DNA of 64,000 nucleotides, from contig OY760175.1 in NCBI GenBank assembly GCA_963663165.1, positions 6,560,001 through 6,624,000 of the forward strand. Direction: 5' to 3'. The position numbers and the translations under genes were made by a program. The DNA is from an uncultured Desulfospira sp. Its GTDB lineage: Bacteria; Desulfobacterota; Desulfobacteria; Desulfobacterales; Desulfobacteraceae. The notes beneath the pieces are model-generated. The model was not told the origin of the DNA and searched no databases. It saw only the letters and a program-made list of their open reading frames with translations. Shown piece after piece: positions 47,038-56,444 of this stretch (the first letter of the stretch is position 1; every line of letters begins with the position of its first letter).

Positions 47038-48180
47038 TTACTTCTCCGGCAGCTTTTCCAATAGTCTCTGGGCCCGGCCGTAATAAGAAGAATCCTTTGG
47101 GATATCGGCCAGCACATCCCTGGCCGCCACCGTATCTCCCGATGATATCAGTTCATTGGCCAGATCAAACAAGGCTTTATTGGGATCTTCCTTCGGGGTT
47201 TCGGTCACTTCAGGGGCCTGCTGGTCAGCTGTGTTTTCAGCCGGTTTTGCAGCGGCGGGTGCCGGGGGATCAACGGCCGTGGTTTTTGGGGCCGGGTCCT
47301 TGAAAAAGAGGATAAACGCGATAAACGCCAGAATCAAGACCGATAAAGCGATGATCCCGCCGATAATCAGCTTGTTTTTATTGCCGCCGGTTCCTTTGTC
47401 CGAATACTTCTGGCTTCTGGGGACCGGGTCAAAACCGCCGGGGGCGGTTCTTGGGGCCGGGTCAAAAGCCGGCGGCGGACCGGCGGACAAATTGACATCG
47501 CCATGTGCCGGAGCGGACGGGCGGGGCGTGGGACCAAACCCTTCAGGCGTTGCCTGTGGTGCCGGGTCAAGGGGGGGCGGCGGCGGGACCGAATATTCCT
47601 GTTTCCAGTTATCTGAGAACGTGCCGTCTGCCGGAGGGGAGGGCGGTTCATTTGCTGCCCCCGGGGCATTCATAAAGGTATCCCGGGGAGAGGGATCAAA
47701 GGGCTTGGGCGGTTCCGGTTCTGAGGCAGCCGGGGTCGCGGCGGGGCGGGGCGGCTGTGATGGCACCCCTGCTGTTTCCGGCCGAAGGCCCGGCGTTACA
47801 ATAATGGTTTTGTCTTCATCCATCTCAAACTCTAAACGGCACGACACATCCCCGATGGTAAAGGATGCCGGGGGGGTGACCGTAATCACCGGGCCTGTGT
47901 GGAGCTGGTTATCCATATAAAGCCCGTTGCGTCCGGATATGTCTATGGTGACGTTTCGGCCATTTCTCGTCAGGGTTAAATGCTTCCGGCTGACGGTTTT
48001 ACTTTCTACGAAAAAATCATTTTCAATGCTCCGGCCAACCGCAATGGCTGTCCCTGACGCCAGAAACAGCTTGTTTTCCGGATCATTCTCCATAAAAAAC
48101 AGAAGTTTCTCTTCTCCTGACGGCGGTTGGAGATCCGTGATTATGGTTTTATCATCATCGAAAAAATTACTGGAATTCAT
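47038..48180 (-). CDS. Membrane-anchored FHA-domain protein with Pro-rich linker
   Basis: VGR...ND, VSRKH and RNG FHA motifs; Pro-rich region; TM; short C-terminal helical domain. Confidence 0.85.
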   Translation of the reverse strand: MNSSNFFDDDKTIITDLQPPSGEEKLLFFMENDPENKLFLASGTAIAVGRSIENDFFVESKTVSRKHLTLTRNGRNVTIDISGRNGLYMDNQLHTGPVITVTPPASFTIGDVSCRLEFEMDEDKTIIVTPGLRPETAGVPSQPPRPAATPAASEPEPPKPFDPSPRDTFMNAPGAANEPPSPPADGTFSDNWKQEYSVPPPPPLDPAPQATPEGFGPTPRPSAPAHGDVNLSAGPPPAFDPAPRTAPGGFDPVPRSQKYSDKGTGGNKNKLIIGGIIALSVLILAFIAFILFFKDPAPKTTAVDPPAPAAAKPAENTADQQAPEVTETPKEDPNKALFDLANELISSGDTVAARDVLADIPKDSSYYGRAQRLLEKLPEK

Positions 48181-48560
48181 GATTTATATCTTCATGTTGA
48201 TCAATCGTTAAAAACTGCCCTCAACGACCGGGAGCCCGGGAATCGTGCAAGTTTAAGACTTATCCCCGGCCTGCCGGGGGATGATAACATTTTTTACTTT
48301 CCCCGTGACCGGAAGCAAACCATTCAAGTCCACCACGTAACTTAACGGAGGCCGTCGGTTTTAGGGGCGGCTGGACCAAACGAAGCCAGCCGGCAGATAG
48401 AACATTTTATATTTTTAATACCATATGCCCTGTTAAAGCAAGAAATTTTAATAAAAATCATATTTTTAGGAAAATGTTAGGTAAAAGTGTGGTGATGAAC
48501 GCCGGTGTTCGGCTCTGGGGCGGCGGACGAAAAATCCTCCTTTTTTACGGCTGCTTAAAT

Positions 48561-48600
48561 AAAAAAAGGCTGAAATCCTTGAGAAATCTGGATTTCAGCC
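48561..48600 (-). terminator. Intrinsic terminator of the tRNA-Ser pair
   Basis: ggctgaaatcc / ggatttcagcc stem with a T7 run on the minus strand. Confidence 0.8.
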
Positions 48601-48616
48601 CTTGTTCTTTTTTAGG

Positions 48617-48708
48617 TGGCGGAGAAGGAGAGATTCGAACTCTCGGTGGAAGTTTCCCCCCACAACCGCTTAGCAGGCGGTCCATTTCAGCCACTCATGC
48701 ACTTCTCC
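48617..48708 (-). tRNA. tRNA-Ser(GCT)
   Basis: GGAGAAG acceptor, ACCGC-CT-GCT-AA-GCGGT anticodon arm, long variable arm, GTTCGAAT, GCCA end. Confidence 0.97.
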
Positions 48709-48721
48709 GCAAATGTTTTTT

Positions 48722-48809
48722 TGGCGGAGGAGGTAGGATTCGAACCCACGAAGCTGTTACACTTAACGGTTTTCAAGACCGCCGCCTTCAGCCGCTCGGC
48801 CACTCCTCC
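48722..48809 (-). tRNA. tRNA-Ser(TGA)
   Basis: GGAGGAG acceptor, GCGGT-CT-TGA-AA-ACCGT anticodon arm, long variable arm, GTTCGAAT, GCCA end. Confidence 0.97.
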
Positions 48810-48854
48810 AAAATTAACCATGGGGTTATATCACTTTGGCTGGAACAGGTCAAC

Positions 48855-48955
48855 ACAAGAAACAAGAAACTAGATACAAGAAACAAGATATGCAAGATAG
48901 GGAGGGGAACCGGCACTCATTTCTTGTCTCTTGTTTCTTGTCTCTTGTTTCTTGT
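48855..48955. repeat. Inverted heptamer arrays (ACAAGAR ... YTCTTGT) forming a long hairpin
   Basis: acaagaa acaagaa actagat acaagaa acaagat ... ttcttgt ctcttgt ttcttgt ctcttgt ttcttgt. Confidence 0.9.
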
Positions 48956-48982
48956 TGACATTGAAACAGCTTGAGCTATATT
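48955..48982 (+). promoter_or_regulatory. Sigma70-type promoter for the argS operon
   Basis: TTGACA (48955) - 16 nt - TATATT (48977), ~40 nt upstream of ATG 49021. Confidence 0.6.
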
Positions 48983-49020
48983 AAGAAGTTTTGAGATCTT
49001 ATAAATTTAGGAGAAACCGG

Positions 49021-49470
49021 ATGAGGCAGAAAATACAATTTGAAAGAGATGTGAAAAACGGGATCTTAACGATTCTTGAGTCCAGTGAAGTGGATCCCGG
49101 GGTGGTCATGCCCCTTCATGAAGAAGATTATGACATAAACGAAATAAGCCAGGCATCCGCCCAGGGGCTTGAACCGTTTAAGGTGGCATTAAGGCGGAAA
49201 AGTTTTTTTCCTCCCCATGAACTGTGTATCAGGCTTTTTGAAGAAACCCGGGAATTTTTCGGCGATGAGTCCCGGAAAAAAGTCACCATTGAATACAATG
49301 AAGCCGAAAGTCTTCCGGTCGAGGAGTTCCATTTAGAGGACAATGATGTTGAATTAGACGAGCTTTTAGATGAAGACGGTGACACCAAAGAAGATGAAAT
49401 GAAAGAAATCGATTCTGACGACGACACCCCCCGATTTACCCCGGAAGATACTTCTGAACATGAAAATTAA
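49021..49470 (+). CDS. Hypothetical protein with highly acidic C-terminal tail
   Basis: AGGAG RBS before ATG 49021; overlaps the argS start. Confidence 0.75.
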   Translation: MRQKIQFERDVKNGILTILESSEVDPGVVMPLHEEDYDINEISQASAQGLEPFKVALRRKSFFPPHELCIRLFEETREFFGDESRKKVTIEYNEAESLPVEEFHLEDNDVELDELLDEDGDTKEDEMKEIDSDDDTPRFTPEDTSEHEN

Positions 49471-51133
49471 AGAGCAGATCAAAGAGATTGTCCTTGCAGC
49501 GGCCAGGGCCGCATATGAAAACGGTGCCCTGAAAAGTTCCCAGGTCCCTGACATGGACATTGAAGAACCCAAACACGAGTCCCAGGGAGATCTGTCCACC
49601 AACTTTGCCATGGTATCTGCCGGCCTTCAGAAAATGGCCCCCCAAAAGATTGCCCAGGCAGTGGTTGATGCCATGCCCCCTGTGGACACCATAGAAAAAG
49701 TGGCGGTGGCCGGGCCCGGGTTCATCAATTTTTTTCTGTCTGCCTCAGCCTTTCATCCGGTGGTTGATGAGGTACTTTCCAGGGACGAGGCCTATGGGGC
49801 ATCGGATGTGGGAAAAGGACAGAAAATCCAGGTGGAATTTGTCAGCGCCAATCCCACAGGTCCGCTTCATGTGGGGCACGGCAGGGGGGCGGCCGTGGGT
49901 GATTCCATGGGAAATATTCTCTCCTTTGCCGGGTTTGATGTTCAAAAGGAATATTATATAAATGATTCAGGCCGTCAGATCCGGACCCTGGGCACCTCTG
50001 TCTGGCTCAGGATTCAGGAAATGGCGGGCAGGCCGGTTGACTTTCCCCAGGACTGCTACCAGGGCGATTATATCCGGGACCTTGCCAAAGAACTGCTTGA
50101 ACAGCAGGGAAAAGATTTCCCGGACCAGGATGAGGCAAAAGGCATTGAAGAAAGCGCCCGGTTTGCTGCTGGGAAAATTCTGGATGGCATCCGCAAAGAC
50201 CTTGAAGACTTCGGGGTGACCTTTGACCAATGGTTCAGTGAGCAGAGCCTTTACGACACCGGCCGGGTAGACGAGGCCATCCAGAATCTCAAAGACCGGA
50301 GCGTCATCTATGAAAAGGACGGCGCCCTCTGGTTTAAGACAACGGATTACGGTGATGAAAAAGACCGGGTAGTGGTCCGAAATAACGGGCTGACCACCTA
50401 TTTTGCATCGGATATTGCCTATCATATTGAAAAGTATGAAAGAGGTTTTCACCGGGTGATTGATGTCTGGGGCGCCGACCATCACGGGTATATCAAGCGA
50501 CTGAATGCGTCTGTTGTGGCCTCAGGCCGGAAAAGTGAACAGTTTGATGTGATCCTGGTTCAGCTGGTCAACCTGCTGCGCGGCGGGGTCCCGGTTCAGA
50601 TGTCCACCCGGGCAGGGGAGTTTGTCACCCTCAGGGATATTATGGATGAGGTGGGAAAAGATGCGGCAAGATTTTTGTTTTTAAGCCGCAGTTACGATTC
50701 CGGCCTTGATTTTGACCTGGAGCTGGCCACCCGGAAAAATTCTGATAATCCGGTATATTATGTCCAGTACGTCCATGCCAGGATAACGGGGATACTGGTC
50801 AAGGCGGCTGAACAGGGGATCATCCCGGAAATTGATTTTCAGGCAGGGAAAAATCTGGACCTTCTGGATCAGGCCGAAGAGATCAAGCTCATGAAAATAC
50901 TGGCCGGTTTCAGGGAACAGGTGGAAAAAAGCGCATCCACCCTGCACCCCCATGTTATTTTTACCTACCTGATGACCCTGGCTTCGGCTTTTCATGCATA
51001 TTACAACAAGCATAAAGTCATCACCGATGAAAATGCCCTGACCCTGGCCCGGCTCAGCTTGGTGCTCGCGGTTAAGAAGGTGATCCGGAACGGTTTGGGG
51101 TTATTGGGGGTAAGCGCCCCGGAGCGAATGTAA
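49460..51133 (+). CDS. argS: Arginine--tRNA ligase
   Basis: [45 protein letters not shown]. Confidence 0.98.
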   Translation: MKIKEQIKEIVLAAARAAYENGALKSSQVPDMDIEEPKHESQGDLSTNFAMVSAGLQKMAPQKIAQAVVDAMPPVDTIEKVAVAGPGFINFFLSASAFHPVVDEVLSRDEAYGASDVGKGQKIQVEFVSANPTGPLHVGHGRGAAVGDSMGNILSFAGFDVQKEYYINDSGRQIRTLGTSVWLRIQEMAGRPVDFPQDCYQGDYIRDLAKELLEQQGKDFPDQDEAKGIEESARFAAGKILDGIRKDLEDFGVTFDQWFSEQSLYDTGRVDEAIQNLKDRSVIYEKDGALWFKTTDYGDEKDRVVVRNNGLTTYFASDIAYHIEKYERGFHRVIDVWGADHHGYIKRLNASVVASGRKSEQFDVILVQLVNLLRGGVPVQMSTRAGEFVTLRDIMDEVGKDAARFLFLSRSYDSGLDFDLELATRKNSDNPVYYVQYVHARITGILVKAAEQGIIPEIDFQAGKNLDLLDQAEEIKLMKILAGFREQVEKSASTLHPHVIFTYLMTLASAFHAYYNKHKVITDENALTLARLSLVLAVKKVIRNGLGLLGVSAPERM

Positions 51134-51136
51134 GTT

Positions 51137-51275
51137 GTGTTTGAACAAAAAGTCACCCATCTGCTGCGTTGCAGGGGAATTTGCAATCCTCACAACCTGA
51201 AGGTTGCTCCGGTTACAAATTCCCCTGCGCCTTGCATCTGGGCAACTTTTTGCCCAAACACGGGCTTTTGTTCAG
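51137..51275. repeat. Long imperfect palindromic REP-like element
   Basis: Arms 51137-51159 / 51239-51261 and 51171-51188 / 51211-51228; central caacct-ga-aggttg hairpin; extra ttttgttcag end. Confidence 0.8.
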
Positions 51276-51342
51276 GCAATGGTTTTTTAAGATGTAACGT
51301 TGGATCGGGAATGAACCATCAAGCTTAAAGGCGGCGGGCCGG

Positions 51343-52248
51343 GTGAAGGCGATTTTAAAATATTCCACCTATGGGTTTATCGGGGGATGGATGTTTTTTC
51401 TGGGGGTGATGGTCGGCCGGGGACATTCGCCCGTGACCTTTGATACCCGGGGGTTCCAGGACCGGCTGGCCGCCATTGCCAGGCAGTCCCAGCAACCGGT
51501 GCCCCAGGCGGAAGACGGTGAACTCAGGGTCTATGATGTGAAAAACGACCAGGAGTCAAAACGCCTGGAAAGACGGGTGATCCCAAAGGAGTCCTCCCTG
51601 ATGGCCAAAACCGGTTCGGTGGCCCAAAAAGTTCAGGACCCTGAACCCAAGCCGCTACAGCCGCCTGAAACCCCGTTCCAGGCCCCGGCAGCATCCGATG
51701 ACAAGGCCGGCCCGGAAGAAATTCAAAAAAAAACGCCGGTAGTTGATGAGACCAGGGGCCTTGTCGGAACCAAGGCGGATGCGGGGTCCAAAAGTCCGGC
51801 CGACAGTGAACCGGTACCGGTTAAAACCAGTAAGAAAGCCGCCAGCTTAGATACCGAGGCCCTGTCCCGGTTTAAAAAAGGACCCGCCGGCCGGGATGAC
51901 GGCAAAAAGGCCCCAAAAGTTGAAGCATCTGCTGTGGCAGCAAAACCGCCGGCCGATTCCGATACCGGAAAGGAAACCCAGGCCGGTCATAAAGACAAGG
52001 AAAAAGACGCCGGACCGTCATACACCATTCAGGTGGCCTCTTACCGGTCTCTTGATGATGCCTTAAACCAGATGCATCTTTTGGATAAGAAAGGGTTTGC
52101 ATCCAACAGGACCCAGAAAGAAATTGACGGGACGGTCTGGTACCGGGTGAGATGTGGTTCTTTTACCACCCGCAAAGATGCACAGGCATTTTTAGATAAA
52201 CTGGAAGCGGTTGGTTTTAAAGGCCTGATCCTTAAGGTTTCGGGGTAA
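51343..52248 (+). CDS. SPOR-domain protein (FtsN/DedD-like)
   Basis: WMFFLGVMVGRG TM; disordered linker; YTIQVASY...WYRVRCGSF SPOR motif; follows argS. Confidence 0.88.
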   Translation: MKAILKYSTYGFIGGWMFFLGVMVGRGHSPVTFDTRGFQDRLAAIARQSQQPVPQAEDGELRVYDVKNDQESKRLERRVIPKESSLMAKTGSVAQKVQDPEPKPLQPPETPFQAPAASDDKAGPEEIQKKTPVVDETRGLVGTKADAGSKSPADSEPVPVKTSKKAASLDTEALSRFKKGPAGRDDGKKAPKVEASAVAAKPPADSDTGKETQAGHKDKEKDAGPSYTIQVASYRSLDDALNQMHLLDKKGFASNRTQKEIDGTVWYRVRCGSFTTRKDAQAFLDKLEAVGFKGLILKVSG

Positions 52249-52249
52249 T

Positions 52250-52325
52250 GTTTAGCATTTAGCTTTAAGCCTTTAGCTATAAGCTATAAGGAATGGCCGC
52301 TGGCTAACAGCTAACAGCTAACAGC
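52250..52325. repeat. Heptamer array with inverted GCTAACA units
   Basis: gtttagc atttagc tttaagc ctttagc tataagc ... gctaaca x3. Confidence 0.85.
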
Positions 52326-52336
52326 AAGGAATGAAA

Positions 52337-52624
52337 ATGAAAATATCAAAAGAAGAAGTTGAGAAAATTGCCCATCTTTCCCGCCTGGACATAGATGAGG
52401 GGCAAAACCTGGACCTGGCCGGGCAGCTGAGCCGGATCCTGGATTATATTGATAAACTCAAGGACGTGGATGTGACCGGGGTAAAGCCTTTTTCCGGGGC
52501 CGCCTTTATCCATAATGTCCTTCGGAAGGACGAGTGCCGGCCCTCTCCCGGGCCTGATGTTACCCTGGCCAATGCGCCGGAGCGGGATGAGGACTTCTAT
52601 CTGGTGCCCCGGGTCGTTAAATAG
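52337..52624 (+). CDS. gatC: Asp/Glu-tRNA amidotransferase subunit C
   Basis: V..IAHLSRL, IL.YI.KL, LANAP, VPRV; alternative ATG at 52331. Confidence 0.95.
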   Translation: MKISKEEVEKIAHLSRLDIDEGQNLDLAGQLSRILDYIDKLKDVDVTGVKPFSGAAFIHNVLRKDECRPSPGPDVTLANAPERDEDFYLVPRVVK

Positions 52625-52629
52625 AAAAC

Positions 52630-52661
52630 GGGACTTGGGACTTGGGATTTGGGACTTGGGG
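52630..52661 (+). repeat. Heptamer array (GGGAYTT) after the gatC stop codon; G-quadruplex-type pattern
   Basis: gggactt gggactt gggattt gggactt gggg; partially complementary cccata units at 52690-52713. Confidence 0.88.
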
Positions 52662-52802
52662 TGGTCACCCCGCCGCTTTTTAACGCAACTCCCATATCTC
52701 ATACCCCATATCCGGATTTTTCGATAATTGTTGTGGACGGAACGGTTTTTAAAATTTAAGGTCGTCCCTGACGGCTGTATAAAAATAAAATAACGGCGGA
52801 TT

Positions 52803-54266
52803 ATGGACTTACATGAACTGACAATTAAACAGGCATCGGACCTTCTGGCCCAAAAAAAGATATCCTCTCTTGAACTGACCCAGGCCCTGCTGGACCGGAT
52901 TGAGGCCCTTGGCCGGACCATTGCCTCTTTTATCACACTCGATCCGGATGATGCGCTGGCCCAGGCCCAAAAGGCTGATGACATTATCGCGGCCGGTGAA
53001 AACACCCCCTTTACCGGGGTTCCCATTGCCCTGAAAGATGTGCTGTGCACCAACGGCATCAGGACCACCTGTGCATCAAAAATACTGGAAAATTTTGTTC
53101 CGCAGTATGATGCCACAGTGGTGTCCAAGTTAAAACAGGAACACGCCGTGATCATTGGCAAGACCAATATGGATGAGTTTGCCATGGGGTCATCCACTGA
53201 GAATTCGGCCTTGATGGTAACGGCCAACCCCTGGAATACGGCCCATGTCCCGGGCGGCTCCAGCGGCGGGTCAGCCGCTGCGGTGGCGGCCAGGTTCTGC
53301 TGCGGGGCATTGGGGACGGACACGGGCGGCTCCATCCGGCAGCCGGCCTCCCACTGCGGGGTCGTGGGGTTAAAGCCCACCTATGGACGGGTATCCCGGT
53401 TCGGCCTGGTCTCCTATGGATCTTCCCTGGACCAGATCGGCCCCATTGTCCGGGATGTAGAAGACGCGGCCCTGATGATGAACCTGATCTGCGGCCATGA
53501 TCCAAAGGATTCAACCTGTTCGGACCGCAAGGTGCCGGATTTTACCCAGGCGCTTTCCAATCCCTCCCTTAAAGGGATGAAAGCCGGAATTCCCAGGGAA
53601 TACCAGTCCATGGAAGGGGTGGACCCTGAGGTGAGCGCCGTATTTAAACATGCGGTAAAAACCCTGGAAGGTTTGGGCGTGGAAACGGTAGAGGTGGGGC
53701 TTCCCCATTCGGAATATGTGGTGGCGGCCTACTATATTATTGCCCCTTGTGAAGCCAGCGCCAACCTGGCCCGGTTTGACGGGGTGAGATACGGGTTCAG
53801 GGCCCAGGGGCAGGATGATTTGATCAGCATGTATAAACAGACCAAATCCAAGGGATTCGGCCCTGAGGTCCAACGGCGGATCATTATCGGCACCTATGCC
53901 CTGTCTGCCGGATACTATGACGCTTATTACGGCAGGGCGTCCCAGGTTCGGACCCTGATTATGGAAGATTTTTCCAAAGCGTTTGAAAAATGCGATATCA
54001 TTCTGTCTCCGGTGGCACCGACCCCGGCCTTTAAGATTGGGGAAAATGTGGATGACCCGTTGACCATGTATTTGAGCGATATTTTTACCCTTTCTGCCAA
54101 TATGGCCAGTGTTCCGGGCATTTCGGTGCCCGCCGGGTTCTCGTCTTCAGGGCTTCCCATCGGGTTTCAGATGATGGGGGCAAGGTTCGATGAAACGGCT
54201 TTGCTTAAAGCCGGATTTGCCCTGGAGCAGGCACTGGATTTGAAACCCAAATTCCCCGAGATATAG
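52803..54266 (+). CDS. gatA: Asp/Glu-tRNA amidotransferase subunit A
   Basis: GKTNMDEFAMGSS, PGGSSGGS, GTDTGGSIRQPA, NLARFDGVRYG, GYYDAYY. Confidence 0.98.
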   Translation: MDLHELTIKQASDLLAQKKISSLELTQALLDRIEALGRTIASFITLDPDDALAQAQKADDIIAAGENTPFTGVPIALKDVLCTNGIRTTCASKILENFVPQYDATVVSKLKQEHAVIIGKTNMDEFAMGSSTENSALMVTANPWNTAHVPGGSSGGSAAAVAARFCCGALGTDTGGSIRQPASHCGVVGLKPTYGRVSRFGLVSYGSSLDQIGPIVRDVEDAALMMNLICGHDPKDSTCSDRKVPDFTQALSNPSLKGMKAGIPREYQSMEGVDPEVSAVFKHAVKTLEGLGVETVEVGLPHSEYVVAAYYIIAPCEASANLARFDGVRYGFRAQGQDDLISMYKQTKSKGFGPEVQRRIIIGTYALSAGYYDAYYGRASQVRTLIMEDFSKAFEKCDIILSPVAPTPAFKIGENVDDPLTMYLSDIFTLSANMASVPGISVPAGFSSSGLPIGFQMMGARFDETALLKAGFALEQALDLKPKFPEI

Positions 54267-54276
54267 GAGGAAAAAG

Positions 54277-54456
54277 ATGTCCACTATTCAGCCCCAGGGC
54301 GAAGCCCTCAAAAAAGCCGTGGAATGGATTTCTGAAAAGAGAAAATCAGACCCGGACCTTGATCCGGCCCGACTGGCGGATGAGGCGGCCCTTAAGTTTG
54401 ATTTAAGCCCCAAGGATTCCGAATTTTTGCTTCGTTTCGTAAAACAGGAAGACTAA
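54277..54456 (+). CDS. Small 59-aa hypothetical protein (absent from ORF track)
   Basis: AGGAGG RBS; MSTIQPQGEALKKAVEWISEKRK...FDLSPKDSEFLLRFVKQED*; stop overlaps mutL ATG (TAATG). Confidence 0.8.
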   Translation: MSTIQPQGEALKKAVEWISEKRKSDPDLDPARLADEAALKFDLSPKDSEFLLRFVKQED

Positions 54457-56339
54457 TGGCGGATATCAGGATACTTCCGGATATCCTGTCCAATCAGATC
54501 GCGGCTGGCGAGGTGGTGGCCCGGCCGGCATCCGTGGTCAAGGAACTGGTGGAAAACAGCATTGATGCCGGGGCCCAAAGAATCCGGGTGGACATTGAAG
54601 ACGGCGGAAAACGGCTGATCCGGGTCAGCGACGACGGGGAAGGCCTCAGCCGTGACCAGGCCCTGCTGGCCATTGAGCGGTATGCCACCTCTAAGATTTT
54701 TACCCGGGAGGATCTGTTTTCCATTTCAACCTTTGGGTTCAGGGGGGAGGCCCTTCCTTCCATTGCCTCGGTATCCCGATTCTGCCTTGTCTCCCGTTTA
54801 CATGACAAAAATACCGGCACACGGATTGATATATCCGGCGGAAAATTAAGTTCTGTCTCAGATGCCGGTGCCCCGCCCGGCACCATGGTGGAGGTGAAAA
54901 ATCTTTTTTTCAACACCCCGGCCCGGCGCAAATTTTTAAAATCCAGGAACACGGAAGGCGGCCATATTGCCGATACCCTGTCGGGCATGGCCCTTGGCAG
55001 TCCGCATATCGGATTCACCCTGAGTGTGGATAACCGGTTGGCCAAAAATTTTCCGGTCAATCAGGACCTGGTTTCACGGTCCCGGGTGGTCTTGGGCCAG
55101 GATGCCGGCCAAAGCCTTTATCCCATCCAAGGGGAGCAGGGCGGTATAAAGGTGGCGGGCACATGCACCCACCCTTCGGTGACCCGGGCCACGGCCCAGC
55201 GGATTTACCTGTTTGTCAACCAGCGCCTGGTCTATGACCGGGGGCTGGTCGGGGCCGTGTTCCGGGGATACAAGGGGCGGATTATGAAAGGCCGGTTTCC
55301 CATGGGAACAGTTTATGTGACCCTTCCCTTTGACCAGGTGGATGTCAATGTCCATCCGTCCAAACGGGAAATCAAATTCTTAGACCCCGGGCCGGTGTAT
55401 GACCTGGTCACATCCTGCGTTGAATCGGCCATGACAAGGGCCCAGAAAAACGTTTTTCACTATACCCTCAGCAGCCCGGGCAGGGATACGGCACCCGTTG
55501 CCCTGGAAAATGAACCGGTTGAGGGCCCCCCGCACAGCCTATCTTTGACGGAATCCCGACAGATGGAAACACGGATTTTTGTCCCGGAGGAACCGGTTTT
55601 GGAAAAGAAAATCGATTTTTCCCACCGGTTTTCATATCCCCCGGCCAAGGTTGAACAGGCTTCCCTTGAATGGGATCAAGAAACAAGAGACAAGAGACAG
55701 GAAACAAGAGGGGAAAGCTTTGAAGATCGGGGCAGGGGGCGGAATGGTGACCTTCGCCAAAGAGAAAAAGACATCCGGGTTGTGGGGCAGGTGATGAATA
55801 CTTATATCCTGGCAGAGCGTGAGGGCTGCCTGATCATGGTGGATCAGCATGCGGCCCATGAACGGATAGTCTATGAAACCCTCAAAAAACGGCATCAGAC
55901 CCTGGATGTTCAAAGCCAGGACCTGCTGGTGCCCGAAATTCTGGAGTTGGGTCACCGGGAGGCGGATCAGCTTGAACAGGTTCTGGCCGACCTTTCAGCA
56001 CTTGGCCTTGAAATTGAATCTTTTGGCGGAACCAGCTTTGCCGTCCGGTCGGTGCCGGCTTTGGTGGAACAAAAAGATATCAAAAAACTGATCCTGGAGA
56101 TTGTGGACTCCCTTGCTAACGGCACCCCTTCGGTGTCGGGATGGCTTGAAGAGTGCTTGATTTCCATGTCCTGCCACAGGGCGGTCCGGGCCAACAAACC
56201 CATGAACGCGGGGGAGATGGCACAGCTTTTAACGGATCTGTTTGCATGTAAAAATCCGTTTCACTGCCCCCATGGCCGGCCCACCATGATCTCCTTTGAC
56301 AGCCATCATATGGAAAAAATGTTTAAACGGCTGGTTTGA
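54456..56339 (+). CDS. mutL: DNA mismatch repair protein MutL (endonuclease type)
   Basis: NQIAAGEVV.RPASVVKEL.EN, GFRGEAL, DVNVHPSK, DQHAAHERIVYE, CPHGRP. Confidence 0.98.
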   Translation: MADIRILPDILSNQIAAGEVVARPASVVKELVENSIDAGAQRIRVDIEDGGKRLIRVSDDGEGLSRDQALLAIERYATSKIFTREDLFSISTFGFRGEALPSIASVSRFCLVSRLHDKNTGTRIDISGGKLSSVSDAGAPPGTMVEVKNLFFNTPARRKFLKSRNTEGGHIADTLSGMALGSPHIGFTLSVDNRLAKNFPVNQDLVSRSRVVLGQDAGQSLYPIQGEQGGIKVAGTCTHPSVTRATAQRIYLFVNQRLVYDRGLVGAVFRGYKGRIMKGRFPMGTVYVTLPFDQVDVNVHPSKREIKFLDPGPVYDLVTSCVESAMTRAQKNVFHYTLSSPGRDTAPVALENEPVEGPPHSLSLTESRQMETRIFVPEEPVLEKKIDFSHRFSYPPAKVEQASLEWDQETRDKRQETRGESFEDRGRGRNGDLRQREKDIRVVGQVMNTYILAEREGCLIMVDQHAAHERIVYETLKKRHQTLDVQSQDLLVPEILELGHREADQLEQVLADLSALGLEIESFGGTSFAVRSVPALVEQKDIKKLILEIVDSLANGTPSVSGWLEECLISMSCHRAVRANKPMNAGEMAQLLTDLFACKNPFHCPHGRPTMISFDSHHMEKMFKRLV

Positions 56340-56444
56340 AGGCCCGAGCCGGTGTTATCAACTTAACGCCTTGCCCTGTATAAAAAAAAAAGGTATATCT
56401 GGTGACCATATAATTTTGGGATCTAACATTTGAAGGAGTCTGTT

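Noticed and set aside
48310..48370. c-di-GMP-I riboswitch or SRP RNA upstream of the T6SS (GCAAACCATTC; GACCGGAAG)
   Set aside because: Only short matches. The GAAA tetraloop/GGGACGCAAA and GGAAGCAGC continuations are missing, and the match is on the strand opposite to the T6SS genes.
9500..48617. Active integrative element with attL/attR at tRNA-Ser
   Set aside because: No integrase or transposase ORF, and I found no duplicate of the tRNA 3' end at the left boundary
48474..48974. 166-aa ORF
   Set aside because: Antisense to two tRNA genes and spans repeats
52346..53380. 344-aa - strand ORF
   Set aside because: Antisense to gatC/gatA and reads through heptamer repeats
52331..54266. Missing gatB as an anomaly
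   Set aside because: gatB can be encoded elsewhere; not assessable from this window
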